A stretch of DNA of 64,000 nt from the NCBI GenBank assembly GCA_028534125.1, contig CM052849.1, positions 496,001-560,000 of the forward strand. Reading direction: 5' to 3'. The translations under genes and the position numbers were made by a program. This DNA comes from Lama glama (lineage: Eukaryota). Below, one piece after another: positions 1 through 10,120 of this stretch (its first letter is position 1; the number at the start of each line of letters is the position of its first letter). Below the pieces are notes generated by a model. The model did not search any database. It was not told where the DNA came from and was given only the letters and a program-made list of their open reading frames with translations.

Positions 1-839
1 CTCAGTCATGAGAGGGGATGACTTGGAGGATCGCCCTGTGTCGTGGGCTGGTGGTCGATGCTGTGTGTGTGTACCTGCTGACTCACCTGGTCTCCCTGCA
101 CTTCAAGGACCCCAGTTCCTGGTGTGAAGCAGAGGTTTCCCAGTGACTTGGCCTGGACCATCCAGGCCACTGCATCTGTAATGTGGCATTGAGGGCCAGT
201 TCTGGGATTCAGGCCCTGCTGTGGTCTGCCCTGCTCAGGACAGCCTGTCCAGGTGTGGCCTGGGTGGTGCGGAGGGAGGGGGTCTCTTCCTCCTGGCCTG
301 AAGTCTTCCCACCAGAATGACTGTGCTGCTGTGGAGAAGACGGTGTTGCTGGATCAGCATCCCCCTTTCCCGCGTGCCGCCCTGCTCCTGGGAGGAATAG
401 GGTGGAGATGGTGAAAGATCCCAGGAAGTTGCCTGACTGAGTACCGACCGCCCTGTGTCGGCACTACTGATGAGTCTAAGTCTGTTTACATTAGGGCAAA
501 AATAGGATGGTATATTTATTTCAATACGGGAAGCACTTAAAGAGTGGCCTTACGTCTGTTTAAATTCACCTGGACTGGATTAGAAACTGGCTCTAAAGCC
601 AGAACAATCCATGCAGAAGACTGGGTTTTCATGACATATTAGGTAAATAAAATACCACTAAATGCAGCTGGAGAAAAAACAGCCTCCAAATATTGTCCAG
701 TGTATTTTATTTGAAAAGTAGCCTCCCAGAAGATGGCGGAGAGGGCAGCGGCCCAGTACGGTACCAAGCGGCGGTGGAAAGGTGCCCACAGAGATGGGCC
801 AGTGCCTCACTGGTGGGAGCCCAGCCCGGAGCTGGTTCA

Positions 840-1240
840 GATGTCCGTAGTTTTCTCTCAGCCCTCCTCCCGTCCAGGACCCACTGGGGACTCCATGACG
901 TTTGGTCGTCACATCTCCTTTGGGTCCTCTTGGGGTCCTCTTGGCTGTGAGCCTCCCATTGCCCCTCATTCATGAGGGCCCTCCACTGGGACTGTCACAT
1001 CTTTTTCTTGAGATTAGACTGGGGTTTGGGTTTCAGGAGCCATCACGTCATATCGGGGGTGTGCTGACCTCGATCACCTGCTGGTAGCAGGGGTCAGGGC
1101 CCCTGGTGAAGCTGCCCCCTCCAGGCTGCTCTCTTAGGAAGGCAGCCCCCCACCCCACCCCGCACACCCCTGCCAGGGTGGGAGTTCTGCACAGATTTGA
1201 CTCCTCTCCCCTTTGTGTATTTCTTGGATCATTTCTCCCA
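840..1240 (-). mobile_element. Ancient L1MC-class 3'UTR fragment
   Basis: tccaggaccc...gtcacatctcctt..ggtcctcttggctgtga and gattagactggggtttgggttt...gatcacctg resemble the reverse complement of recalled L1MC 3' consensus. Confidence 0.65.
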
Positions 1241-1371
1241 TCGCTGTGGACTCGTGGGTCCTTCCCACAATCGTGACTGTCCTGTCACGCACTTACAGGG
1301 AGTCTTAACACGTGTCTGCAAACCACACCTCTGCCTCAGAGCCCTCCTCTCACTTCCCCGGTGGTCAGCTC

Positions 1372-1406
1372 GCCCCGGCCCTGGCCCCGGCCCCGGCCCC
1401 GGCCCC
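1372..1406 (-). repeat. (GGGGCC)n hexamer repeat, ~6 units with one interruption
   Basis: Plus strand gcccc ggccct ggcccc ggcccc ggcccc ggcccc. Confidence 0.95.
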
Positions 1407-1499
1407 TCCAGTCTCGCCGTCCACCTGGCCCCGCCCTTTCTAGAACTCTGTGTGAAGAAGGCCACGTAGTTGTAGCCTGCCCCTCCACCCCGTGATTCT

Positions 1500-2740
1500 C
1501 TGGGGTTCGTCCACGGCGCTGCACCTATCAATACTTGGTGCCTTTTGTTATTGCTCAGGAATGGGGTCATTTAGGTTATTTCGCATTTGGGCAGATTCTG
1601 AGTGGAACCTTGAGGAGCAGCCAGGGACGGGCTTTTGTTTACACATCGCTTTCATTTCTCTGGAATAAATATCCGGAGGCAGGGTCTCCGGCAACGTGAC
1701 ACTCAACTTCGAGTTCCCGGAAGCCGCCCAGGTGTTGTCCAGGGTGCTGTGCGCAGGATGCACTGGGTGTCCCCACCAGCGTCCCCACCCGCACTTGGTT
1801 GCCTCCTGAGCCCCGAGGGCTGCTGCTGCCGAGCACCGTCTTGTGCTCCCAGCTTCGCTGCTCTGTGCATTTCTAAACTGGGTCGTTTAGTTCCTGTTGA
1901 ACTTTTTAAAAGTATTACTGATACACAGTGAAGTGCACATATTTAAAGTGGCTAATTTGACAAGTTCCGGCACCTGTGTGAGCATCGCCACACTGGAGAC
2001 GTGAGCTAGCCCTGTCCTTAGGGAAACCTCAGGGTTCCCGCTTGACCTGTTAGCGCCGCTCCGCCGCTGCCCGGTGCCACTCATCTGCTTCTTGTCGCTG
2101 TAGGTGGCTTGCATTTTTCGAATTTTGTGTAGATAGAATCACGGTATTGACCCTTTTTCCTGCTGCGTGTACTCGGTGTCTTGATTTCGAGGCTGATTCC
2201 CATGACCAGTGCTGGGCCCTTTATTGTGGCGTGTGTGTAAATCACTGATGCTCAGCCTGCGATGGATGTTTCGATGGGTCCCAGTTTGGGGCTTTTTTTT
2301 TTTTTTAAGAAACAGCCAAACTTTATTCCAAAGTGCTGCTCCCAGTATATTCCCGTCAGCAACGTGTGAGAGCTTCTGTCACCCCTGCGGGCGTGGCTGG
2401 CCTCTGACTGTGGACGCCTGCAGTGCGTGTGCCTGTGGTGGTGGTTGTTTCCATGATGCCCAGAAGTGCTATGTTTTCATGTCCTTATTTTCCGTTTGCG
2501 GATCTTGGCTGAAGTGTTTATGTAAATCTTTTGCCCATTTCTAACGTTTTAAATTGACTTTTCTTTGTTTTCCTACTGAATTGTGAGGATTCTCTATACA
2601 TTCTGGTTACATGATTTGCAGGTATTTTTTCTCAGTCTGTAGCTTGTTTCTTCACTTTCTTAGTAGCATCTTTCACAGGGCAAAAGTTTGTAATTTTGTT
2701 GAAGTCAAATGTATTCATTTTTCTGTTACGGACCAAGCTT
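1500..2740 (-). mobile_element. Degraded L1M 3'-end/ORF2 fragments
   Basis: Motifs ttcatttctctggaataaata, aagtgcacatatttaaagtg, aaatcttttgcccattt and tttgcaggtattttttctcagtctgtagcttgt. Confidence 0.75.
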
Positions 2741-2934
2741 ACTGAGAGTTGTAAAAATTGTGAATGGTGAAAATTTCACCTCTTGGGGAGTGATGGAAAT
2801 GTTAGCTATCTTGATAGTGGTGGTGGTTTTATGGGTGCATACATCTATCAAAATTCACCAAATTGTACATCTGAAATATGTGTAGTTGACTGTACAGGAA
2901 TCATACCACAATAAAGGTGTTAAAGAAAAAAAAA
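2741..2934 (+). mobile_element. Nested L1 (L1ME/MC-like) 3' terminus with AATAAA and A-tail
   Basis: gtgatggaaatgtt..tatcttgat..tggtggtgg...caaaattcaccaaattgtaca...AATAAA (2910-2915), then an A-rich tail at 2922-2934. Confidence 0.8.
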
Positions 2935-4641
2935 TCACATTTCTGTGTGCTGAATTTTGCCAGATGCCTTTTCTATATCCATGTAGCTGATGTGTTCCCA
3001 GGTTTTTCTTCTTCGTGTGTGAATCTGGTGGAGTGTACCCATTAATTTTTGAATGTTGAATCAGCTTTGCCTTCCTGAAATAAACCCTAGGAGGTCATGG
3101 TTTATTCTTTTTATATACTGATGGCTTTGATTTGCATTTTTTTGAGGATTTTTACATCTGTGTTCATAACAGATACTGGCTTCTGGTTTTCTTTTCTTGT
3201 GTTGTCTTTGTCTGGTTTTGGTACTAGGGTCATGCTGGCCTCAAAATTGGGAAATGTTTCCCTTTTTTCTGTTTTCTGGAAGAATTATATAAAACTGGGG
3301 TGATTTTTTTTTTCTTTAAATGTTGGATAGAATGTACCAGTCAAGTCATGTGGGCTGGAGTCTTCTTTTTTAGACAAGGATTTTAGCAAAAACGAAGTTC
3401 TTTTAATTGCTAAAGGGCCATTCAGGTCATTTCTTCTAGGTGACCTGGAAGCCACCTAGTCTGTGGTCTTCAATCCCCATTGCATCCGAGTTGCTGGGTT
3501 TATGTGCATTGTGGTGTTTATAGTGTTTCCTTATCGTCCTTTTAAAGTCTGTGGTGTCTAGTGATAACCCTTCTTCCCATGTTATCTTCTCTTTTTCGTC
3601 CGTCTAGCTAGAGCTTTATTTGTTTTATGGCCCTTTTTAAAGACTCAGTTTCTGGTTCTGCTGATTTTTCTACATGGTTGCACTATTCTCTGTTTTGTTT
3701 CTTTCTTTCCGGACTTTATTTCCTCCCTTCTACTTGCTTTGGGCTCATTCTGCTGCTCTTCTTGTTTCTTGAGGCGGGAGCTAGGTCACTGACTTGAGAC
3801 CTTTCTCCTTTCCTAATTTGGCGCTGGATGCCCTAAATTTCCTCTATGTGCCCCTTCAGCTGCACCCTACAAGTTTCAGTAATTTCCATTTTCATTTTCA
3901 GTCAGTTCCTCTTTGGGCCATTGATTATTTAAAAGTGTGTTGTTTATTTTCCCAATATTTGGAGATTTTTCAGTTAACTTTCTGTTATTGATTGCCAGGT
4001 TAAATCTATAAGGTCGGAGAACATACTCTGTATGCTTTTGGATTTTCTACATTTCTTTTTGCGATATAATTGACATGTGGCATTATGTTAGTGTCAGGTG
4101 TACAGCGTAATGATTTGCTATTTGTATGTGTTGCAGAGTTAGCGCCGCGATTAGTCTGGTTAACATCTGTCACTTCAGATAGTTACACAGGTCGCTCTAC
4201 ATTTTTTAAGGTTTAGGACACAGGACGCGGTCTATCTTGATGAACATCCCGTATGTGTTGGGTGGAACGCTCACATCATGTCCACGAGGTCGGGGTAGAC
4301 AGTACTAGGTCTTCTGTGCTATTTTCTGGACTTTTCACTCGACTGCGAAGGAAGAGTTGCGTCTCTGGCTGTGATTATGTATCTATTTCTGCTCTCGCTT
4401 CCGTCGGTTTTTCCTTCACACGTTGTGAGGTTCTGCTGTTAGCTGAATACGTGTTTAGGACTCGTGTGTCTTCTTGTCTCTGAGAACAGTCCTTGTTCTG
4501 AGGTCTACTTTGATGTGAATACAACTACCCCAACTTTCTTGGCTATTTGTATAGTATATCTCTTTCATAATTTTACTTTCACTTTGTCTATGTTTTTATA
4601 TTTAAAGTAGGCTTCTCCTGGGTATCTTGCATAGTTGGGTC

Positions 4642-4773
4642 TTTTTTGTTAATTCAATTTTTGGGGGGAGTAATTAGGCTTATTTATCATAATTTTTTTA
4701 GTGGAGGTTCTGAGGACTGAACCCAGGACCTCGTGCATGCTGAGCACAGACCGCGGAGGTAAACCTCCTCCCT
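4642..4773 (-). mobile_element. tRNA-derived SINE, camelid Vic-1-like
   Basis: Minus strand reads GTGCTCAGCATGCACGAGGTCCTGGGTTCAGTCCTCAGAACCTCCA...AAATAAGCCTAATTACTCCCCCC then an A-rich tail; B-box-like GGTTCAGTCC. Confidence 0.8.
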
Positions 4774-5234
4774 CTTCTTTTTTTAATAGCATATAGTTGT
4801 CGGGTATTATTAACATGCTGAGAGCGTTTACGTTTATTGTAATCATTGTTACGGCTCTATTTTGGTGTCTCATTTTGTTGTTTTCTCTTTTTCTTGAAGT
4901 TTTGGTCTGCTGCCCTCTCCTTCTAGCCCTCTTTTGGGTTTTCTGGATATTTTCAAATACCTTTTAAATTTTCTATTGACTTTTTGACTGTATCTCTTGT
5001 GTGAAATACTATGTATTTAGTAGTTGTTCTAGGGATTACACTGTATCTGCTTAACCTTTTGCAGTTTTCTTAGAGCTGTTTTTTTCCGTTGCAAGTAAAA
5101 CATAGAAAGCTTACAACCACATGGGTCCCCTCACCCTCCGCCCTTCATGTATTGAAAATCCCACTAGACAGTGTTAGTATCTTTAACAATATACATGTTT
5201 GCTTCAGAGGAGAAAATTTTTGTTTCACATTCTC

Positions 5235-5348
5235 TTTTTTTCGGTGGGGGGAGGTAATTAGGTAATTTGGTTTGTTTGTTTGTTTGCTTACCTTTTAATG
5301 AAGTTCTGGGGATTGGACGCAGGACCTTGTGCATGCTAAGCACGTGCT
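5235..5348 (-). mobile_element. Second Vic-1-like SINE, 5'-truncated
   Basis: Minus strand reads GTGCTTAGCATGCACAAGGTCCTGCGTCCAATCCCCAGAACTTC...(AAAC)n...CCTAATTACCTCCCCCC then a poly-A tail. Confidence 0.8.
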
Positions 5349-7139
5349 GTCTTTTATAGTAATTTACCCAGATAGTTAGCATTTTCCTTCCTCTGCCTTC
5401 TTGAAGGTCCACACTTCTTTCTTTCTTCTGAGCTGTAGAATCTCCTCTAATATTTCTTTTAGAGCACATCTCTTGGTTTTCATTCGTCTGAGGGTGCCTT
5501 TATTTTGCCTTCATGCCCGAAGGAAGACTTGCTGGGTGAGGAGTCCTTTTCTCTCAGTACTGCCTTCTGACTCCTGCGGTTCTGATGAGACACTCACATT
5601 CATTCAGATCGTTAGTTCCCTGTGTGTGGTGTGCCGATACTGCCCAGGTTTTATTGCTGTGACTTTTGAGCAGTTTAATTGTGATGTATGATTTTCTTTG
5701 CATTTATCCTGTTTATGATTCATTGAGTTCTTGAATCTATAAATTTTTGTCTTTTCCCAAATATGTAAAAGTTCAGGCATTATTTATTCAGGTAATTTTC
5801 CTACTCCATCTTTTCCTCTTCTCCTCAGACTCCGGTGATGTGAACATTAGACTTCTGCTGTCATCCCACAAATCCCCACTGCTCTGGTCGTTTACGCCCA
5901 TCCTCTGTCTTTCTGGTCTCACACTGGGTCATTTCTCTTGACCAACCTTCATGTCTCTGACTCTCACCTTTATGATCTCCCATTCCATTGCTGAGTGTTT
6001 TTGTTTCAGTAATCGTATTATTCTGTTCTGAAGTTTCTTTTTTAAAAAAAAAGTTCTCTCTCTGCTGAGAACTTGCCTTCATTCATTTCCGACGTGTTTA
6101 CCTTTGCTTCGTGGAGTATACTCATAAAAGCTGCTTTAAAATCCTTATCTCACATTCCAACATCTGAACGGTATCGAGGCTGGTGTCTGTAAATCGTTTC
6201 CTTGGAGAAGTAATCTCATTGCCCAGTTCTTGTGTGTGGAGCACTTCTGTATTGTGCCCTGGACATACCTTGCGTTGAGTATGACATTGGGCACTCTGGA
6301 GAATGTTGAATTTGGAGTAACAGGTAGTCAGCTCAGTCAGATTTGCACCACAAGTTCTGTCTCACCCTCTGTGGGCTATAGTTTTAATCTCGTTTCCATT
6401 TTCAAAACTTTGATACGCTGCTTTGGGTCTGTCCTGGGCGTGTGCTGCTTGGGGGCGCCTGAGGTTTTCCTGGGCTGAATCACAGAAATAAGGGGTCTTT
6501 TTCTTCATCCCTTCCCAGAGGACCCAGCTGGACAGAAAGACGGGGTTTCTCTCAGAGTCACATCCAGGCAGCTCCAGATCCAGCCATCGCTGGGGCAGTG
6601 GCAGAGCAAACAGAAACACAAACCATCAGGGAGCTTGTCTTTTGACTTTTTAGAAACTAGGATTTTCTATGGCTTTTTGGCTATACCTCTTATATTGTAT
6701 ACTATCTTTTTAACCAAATCTAAGACTTACACTTTTTCTCTGCACTGCTGTTCAGAAATCAGTTTCTATCCAAGTTTTAGGCACTGCTGCCTTGCAGCTG
6801 TGCAGCATGGACCCACCCTCAAGGCAGTGCCCCAAGACACGGAAGAAAAACAGGAAACCTGGGCCCATACAGGTCAGTTCTCCAAGTTTTTGCTTGTCTC
6901 CGAAGTCTTTCTGCTGTTGTTCACTTTTCAGAGTTTTCGGGTAAGTGATGTTCATTTTTTGTCTCGAGTTTTTAGTTGCAGTCAGGCAGGTAGAGAGCAG
7001 AGAGGCGATAGGGAGCCTACTGCCCCCGGCCAGAGCCAGAAGACTCTTACGGTAGTTTTACGCCGGTATTTCCACTGCTTTCTGCTTTATTTCTGCTTCC
7101 TCACTGCTTCCGTTTGCCTGGTATGTCTTTGTCTCTCAT

Positions 7140-8250
7140 TTTTGCCTCTTGGAGTCACTTTACTAACTTTTCCCGTATTGACTTGTGCGTGCTGCGCCGT
7201 GACTGTTTCCTCCCTGTTTCTGGCCACGTTTCTGACTTCAGTGAGGTCTTCTGAAGGAAACTGTGATTTTGAACTTGGTCCATGTGACATTTTCTGCTCT
7301 GTGGAGTGTTCTGTCGCATGCTGCAGCCGGTGGCCGCTCGGGTAGCGCCAGGCCCGGCTACCATCCACGGTGCTGCTGTGAGCGTCCCGGCACACGTCCT
7401 TGTGCACAGCCGTGCGGACGCCTTTAGGGTGTTAAGAGCGGCTGCTGGGTCACAAGGTGTGCGAGACAGTCCCCGCCTGCTTTCCAAAGTGACTGTTTTA
7501 GATTTTGCCCCAGTTGCCTCACATCTTGGTCAACATTTGACAGACTGTTTAATTTTTGCAAATCTGCCAGGAGTGCAGTCATAGCACATGGTGGTTTTGA
7601 CAGGCATTTCCAAGGTTATTAATTAGGTTAAACATCTTTCATGTGTTTATTGGACATGTATGTTTCTCGTGAAATGTCTGTTCAAGGCTTTTGCTCATTT
7701 TTCATTTGGTGTTTGCTTTTTTATTGTGTTGCTCTGTGTTCTCTGTCTGTTCCGGAAGCACTCAAGTCCCGGGTGGGTTTGTCTCCCGCCCTGCCCCCAC
7801 ACACGTTTATATTCTGAATTACAGAGAAGTCACCAGTGTGGTAAACGACACTTGTGTACCCTGCACCTGCGCCTGCTGGTACTTGCTTTACTGTGTACTT
7901 GCATGGAGGTAGGGAGAGACTTGCATGGGGCTTTTCTGAAACATTTGAAAACAGATTGCAGACATTTCACCTCTAAGATGCTGCAACCTGAGAATGAGGG
8001 CACTCTTCTGCATAAAACACCATTGTTTTCCCCAAGAAAATTAGCAATGCTCATTCCGTATTATCAGCAGCCAAGTTGTGCCAGAACTGTGCTCGTGGCC
8101 TCATTTTTTGACTCAGGATCTCCTGGGGCCTGCACACCACGTGTGGCCGTGAGGCTCTCCAGTCTCTGCATGTGGAAGAGACTCCCTGCTGCTGCCCTTG
8201 CTCTTTGCCCTTGACCTTTTCCACCCGATTGGCAGGTCAGGGCCAGGGTG
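7140..8250 (-). mobile_element. Degraded L1ME/L1MC fragments
   Basis: aaacatctttcatgtgtttattgg...aaatgtctgttcaaggcttttgctcatttttc and tttctgaaacatttgaaaacagattgcagacat. Confidence 0.65.
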
Positions 8251-10029
8251 GGAGTGTGCCTGCTGGTGCCCATGGAGGGGGAGCCGTGAGAGCCAGGTGT
8301 CTGCCCTGGGCAGGAGCGTCTCCTCCTTGGTGGGAGTGGCCTGTGGAGCCACACTGCGACCCTGACCCTGAGCACGTCTGCCCACCAGCAGCCCTTCACC
8401 GCCAGGTCCTTCTCCACATCTGAGAGGCGACGTTGTCTCTCGCTCCTTGTCTGTATTGGCCGTTCTGTCTTCTTGCCTCTGGAACCGTGACGAGCCTGTA
8501 TCTCGCAGCCCCAATGCCGGGGTGCCCTGCTGCTTTTGCCCCTGGAGTCCTCCTCGTGGCGGCTGGGTCTCCTGGTCTGGTCCTGTAGTGCTGCCCAGAA
8601 GTCTGCACTTCTCAGGGTTTTTCCTGTGGGTTCACTGAGGCCCAGGGCAGTGGAGGGGGGCTCCTTCTGAGAGACAGCAGTGAGGTTTGGGCTGCAGCTG
8701 GAGGGCGGGCATCATTCTGGCCCTGTGGGTGCAGTGAGATCTGGTTCTGTCTGACACCGAACATACAGCCCAGGGGTCTCGTCTTAGTGGGGCTCCTTTG
8801 AGATCACCATCCTTGGGCCAGGCTTCAGGTGTAGGGCTGCAAGGGCCCGAGGGCAGGGCCAGCTGCGGGCTCTGCAGGCTTCTCCAGGTTTGACCTTGAT
8901 GAGCGTTTTGCCTCTGAAGTTTCTAGGCTTTTTCTTACCAACACAGTATCGAAGAGTTTGGTTTCTCCTTTATCAGCATTTTCAGTTGTTCTGGGGAGAG
9001 GGCCAGTCAGGCCTCCATCCTGCTGGAAGGGGCGCCGCCCTGGCGAGGAGCATCAGGGCCTGGGACTGCTGGGGGAACCTCGCTCTTGTCCCATGTCCGC
9101 TGCGACCTAGCTCGCACTGTCGCACAGGCAGCAGTGATGAGGACCTGCAGGCTGGGGGCGGGCAGGGGCTGGGGTTGGTGGTCCTGTTGGTACAGACCCC
9201 CAGCAGCCCAGGAACGTGGGGTGGGACCTGTGGTCTTTGGACACCAGGCCCCTGCCCAGCCCTGCCTCCCCTGCCTCTCGAATTGCACAGGTTCCCGGCC
9301 CCGCGGCTGTGTGTGGGCTCCTGCCTCCCCTGTGCTGCCCCTCCACCACTCCCACAGTGGGAGGTCGGTCCCCCTCGAGCGGTTCCCATGAGGCCTATGG
9401 CCACTGCCAAAGCTAGCGCAGAGGGACATGGGGCCAGGGTTCGGGGGCATTTGTGGCCACAGTTGGCGAGGCTGTCAGCCTGGGCAGGTGGTGTCAGACT
9501 GTCTCCCTTTTCCACTGTAAAGGACTGTGTCTCGCAACACCGGGGCTGTGCTGTGCGGGTGACAGTTCGGGCTCCTCTGCCTGCAGGACAGAGCAGGGAG
9601 CCAGACTGACATGCACCCCGGCTTCCAGGGCCACAGCCTCTGCTCGGGTGGCCTGGTGCCAGGAGATAGGATAATGTGATTCTTCTCAGTTAGAGTAATA
9701 AGGAATAATTAGACGTCATAAATCAAGTCATCACGGGATATTGTCATGGGGAAAGTATGTAGCTAGAATTAATTAGTTTTCAAATAAAGCATTTACTTTA
9801 ATTGCTTCAAATGATGGAGCCCTTAATTGCCGATGCTTCGTTTTGGCTGAGTGTCCAGTGCTGTAATGACACAACAGATTTTTCCCTGCGGTCCTGGGGA
9901 GACGGGGGTGCTGGATTTCATCACCTCGCAGTGAGCCTGATGCGCAAGGTTCTGGAAACTCCGTCAGGCCGCAGGCAGGTGGCAAGTGTGGGCTGGGCTT
10001 GTGCTGGTGCTGTGCAGGGCGCCCCGCCA

Positions 10030-10120
10030 CCTGCGTGTGTGTGTGCGGGCGCCTGTGTGAGCACATGTGTGAGCACGTATGTACATGTGTGTCCACAGGT
10101 GTTAGCACGTGTGTGCATGT
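10030..10120. repeat. Imperfect (GT)-rich simple repeat
   Basis: gtgtgtgtgtgcg...gtgagcacatgtgtgagcacgtatgtacatgtgtg. Confidence 0.8.

Larger units (their letters stand above)
2935..6480 (-). mobile_element. Large degraded L1 (ORF2 towards ORF1) with nested insertions
   Basis: T-rich antisense L1 text, e.g. tttttgaggatttttacatctgtgttcata...gtctttgtctggttttggta. A separate L1MA-like 3' terminus sits at ~4055-4190. Confidence 0.8.

Noticed and set aside
733-975. ORF MAERAAAQ... with AAGATGGCGG start context (possible retrocopy or RTL10 part)
   Set aside because: Runs into an L1MC fragment and does not resemble RTL10 or any protein I recognise. The motif may only be a YY1-like word.
6635-7345. 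236-aa hydrophobic ORF
   Set aside because: T-rich, repeat-adjacent intron sequence with a TTG start and no recognisable family.
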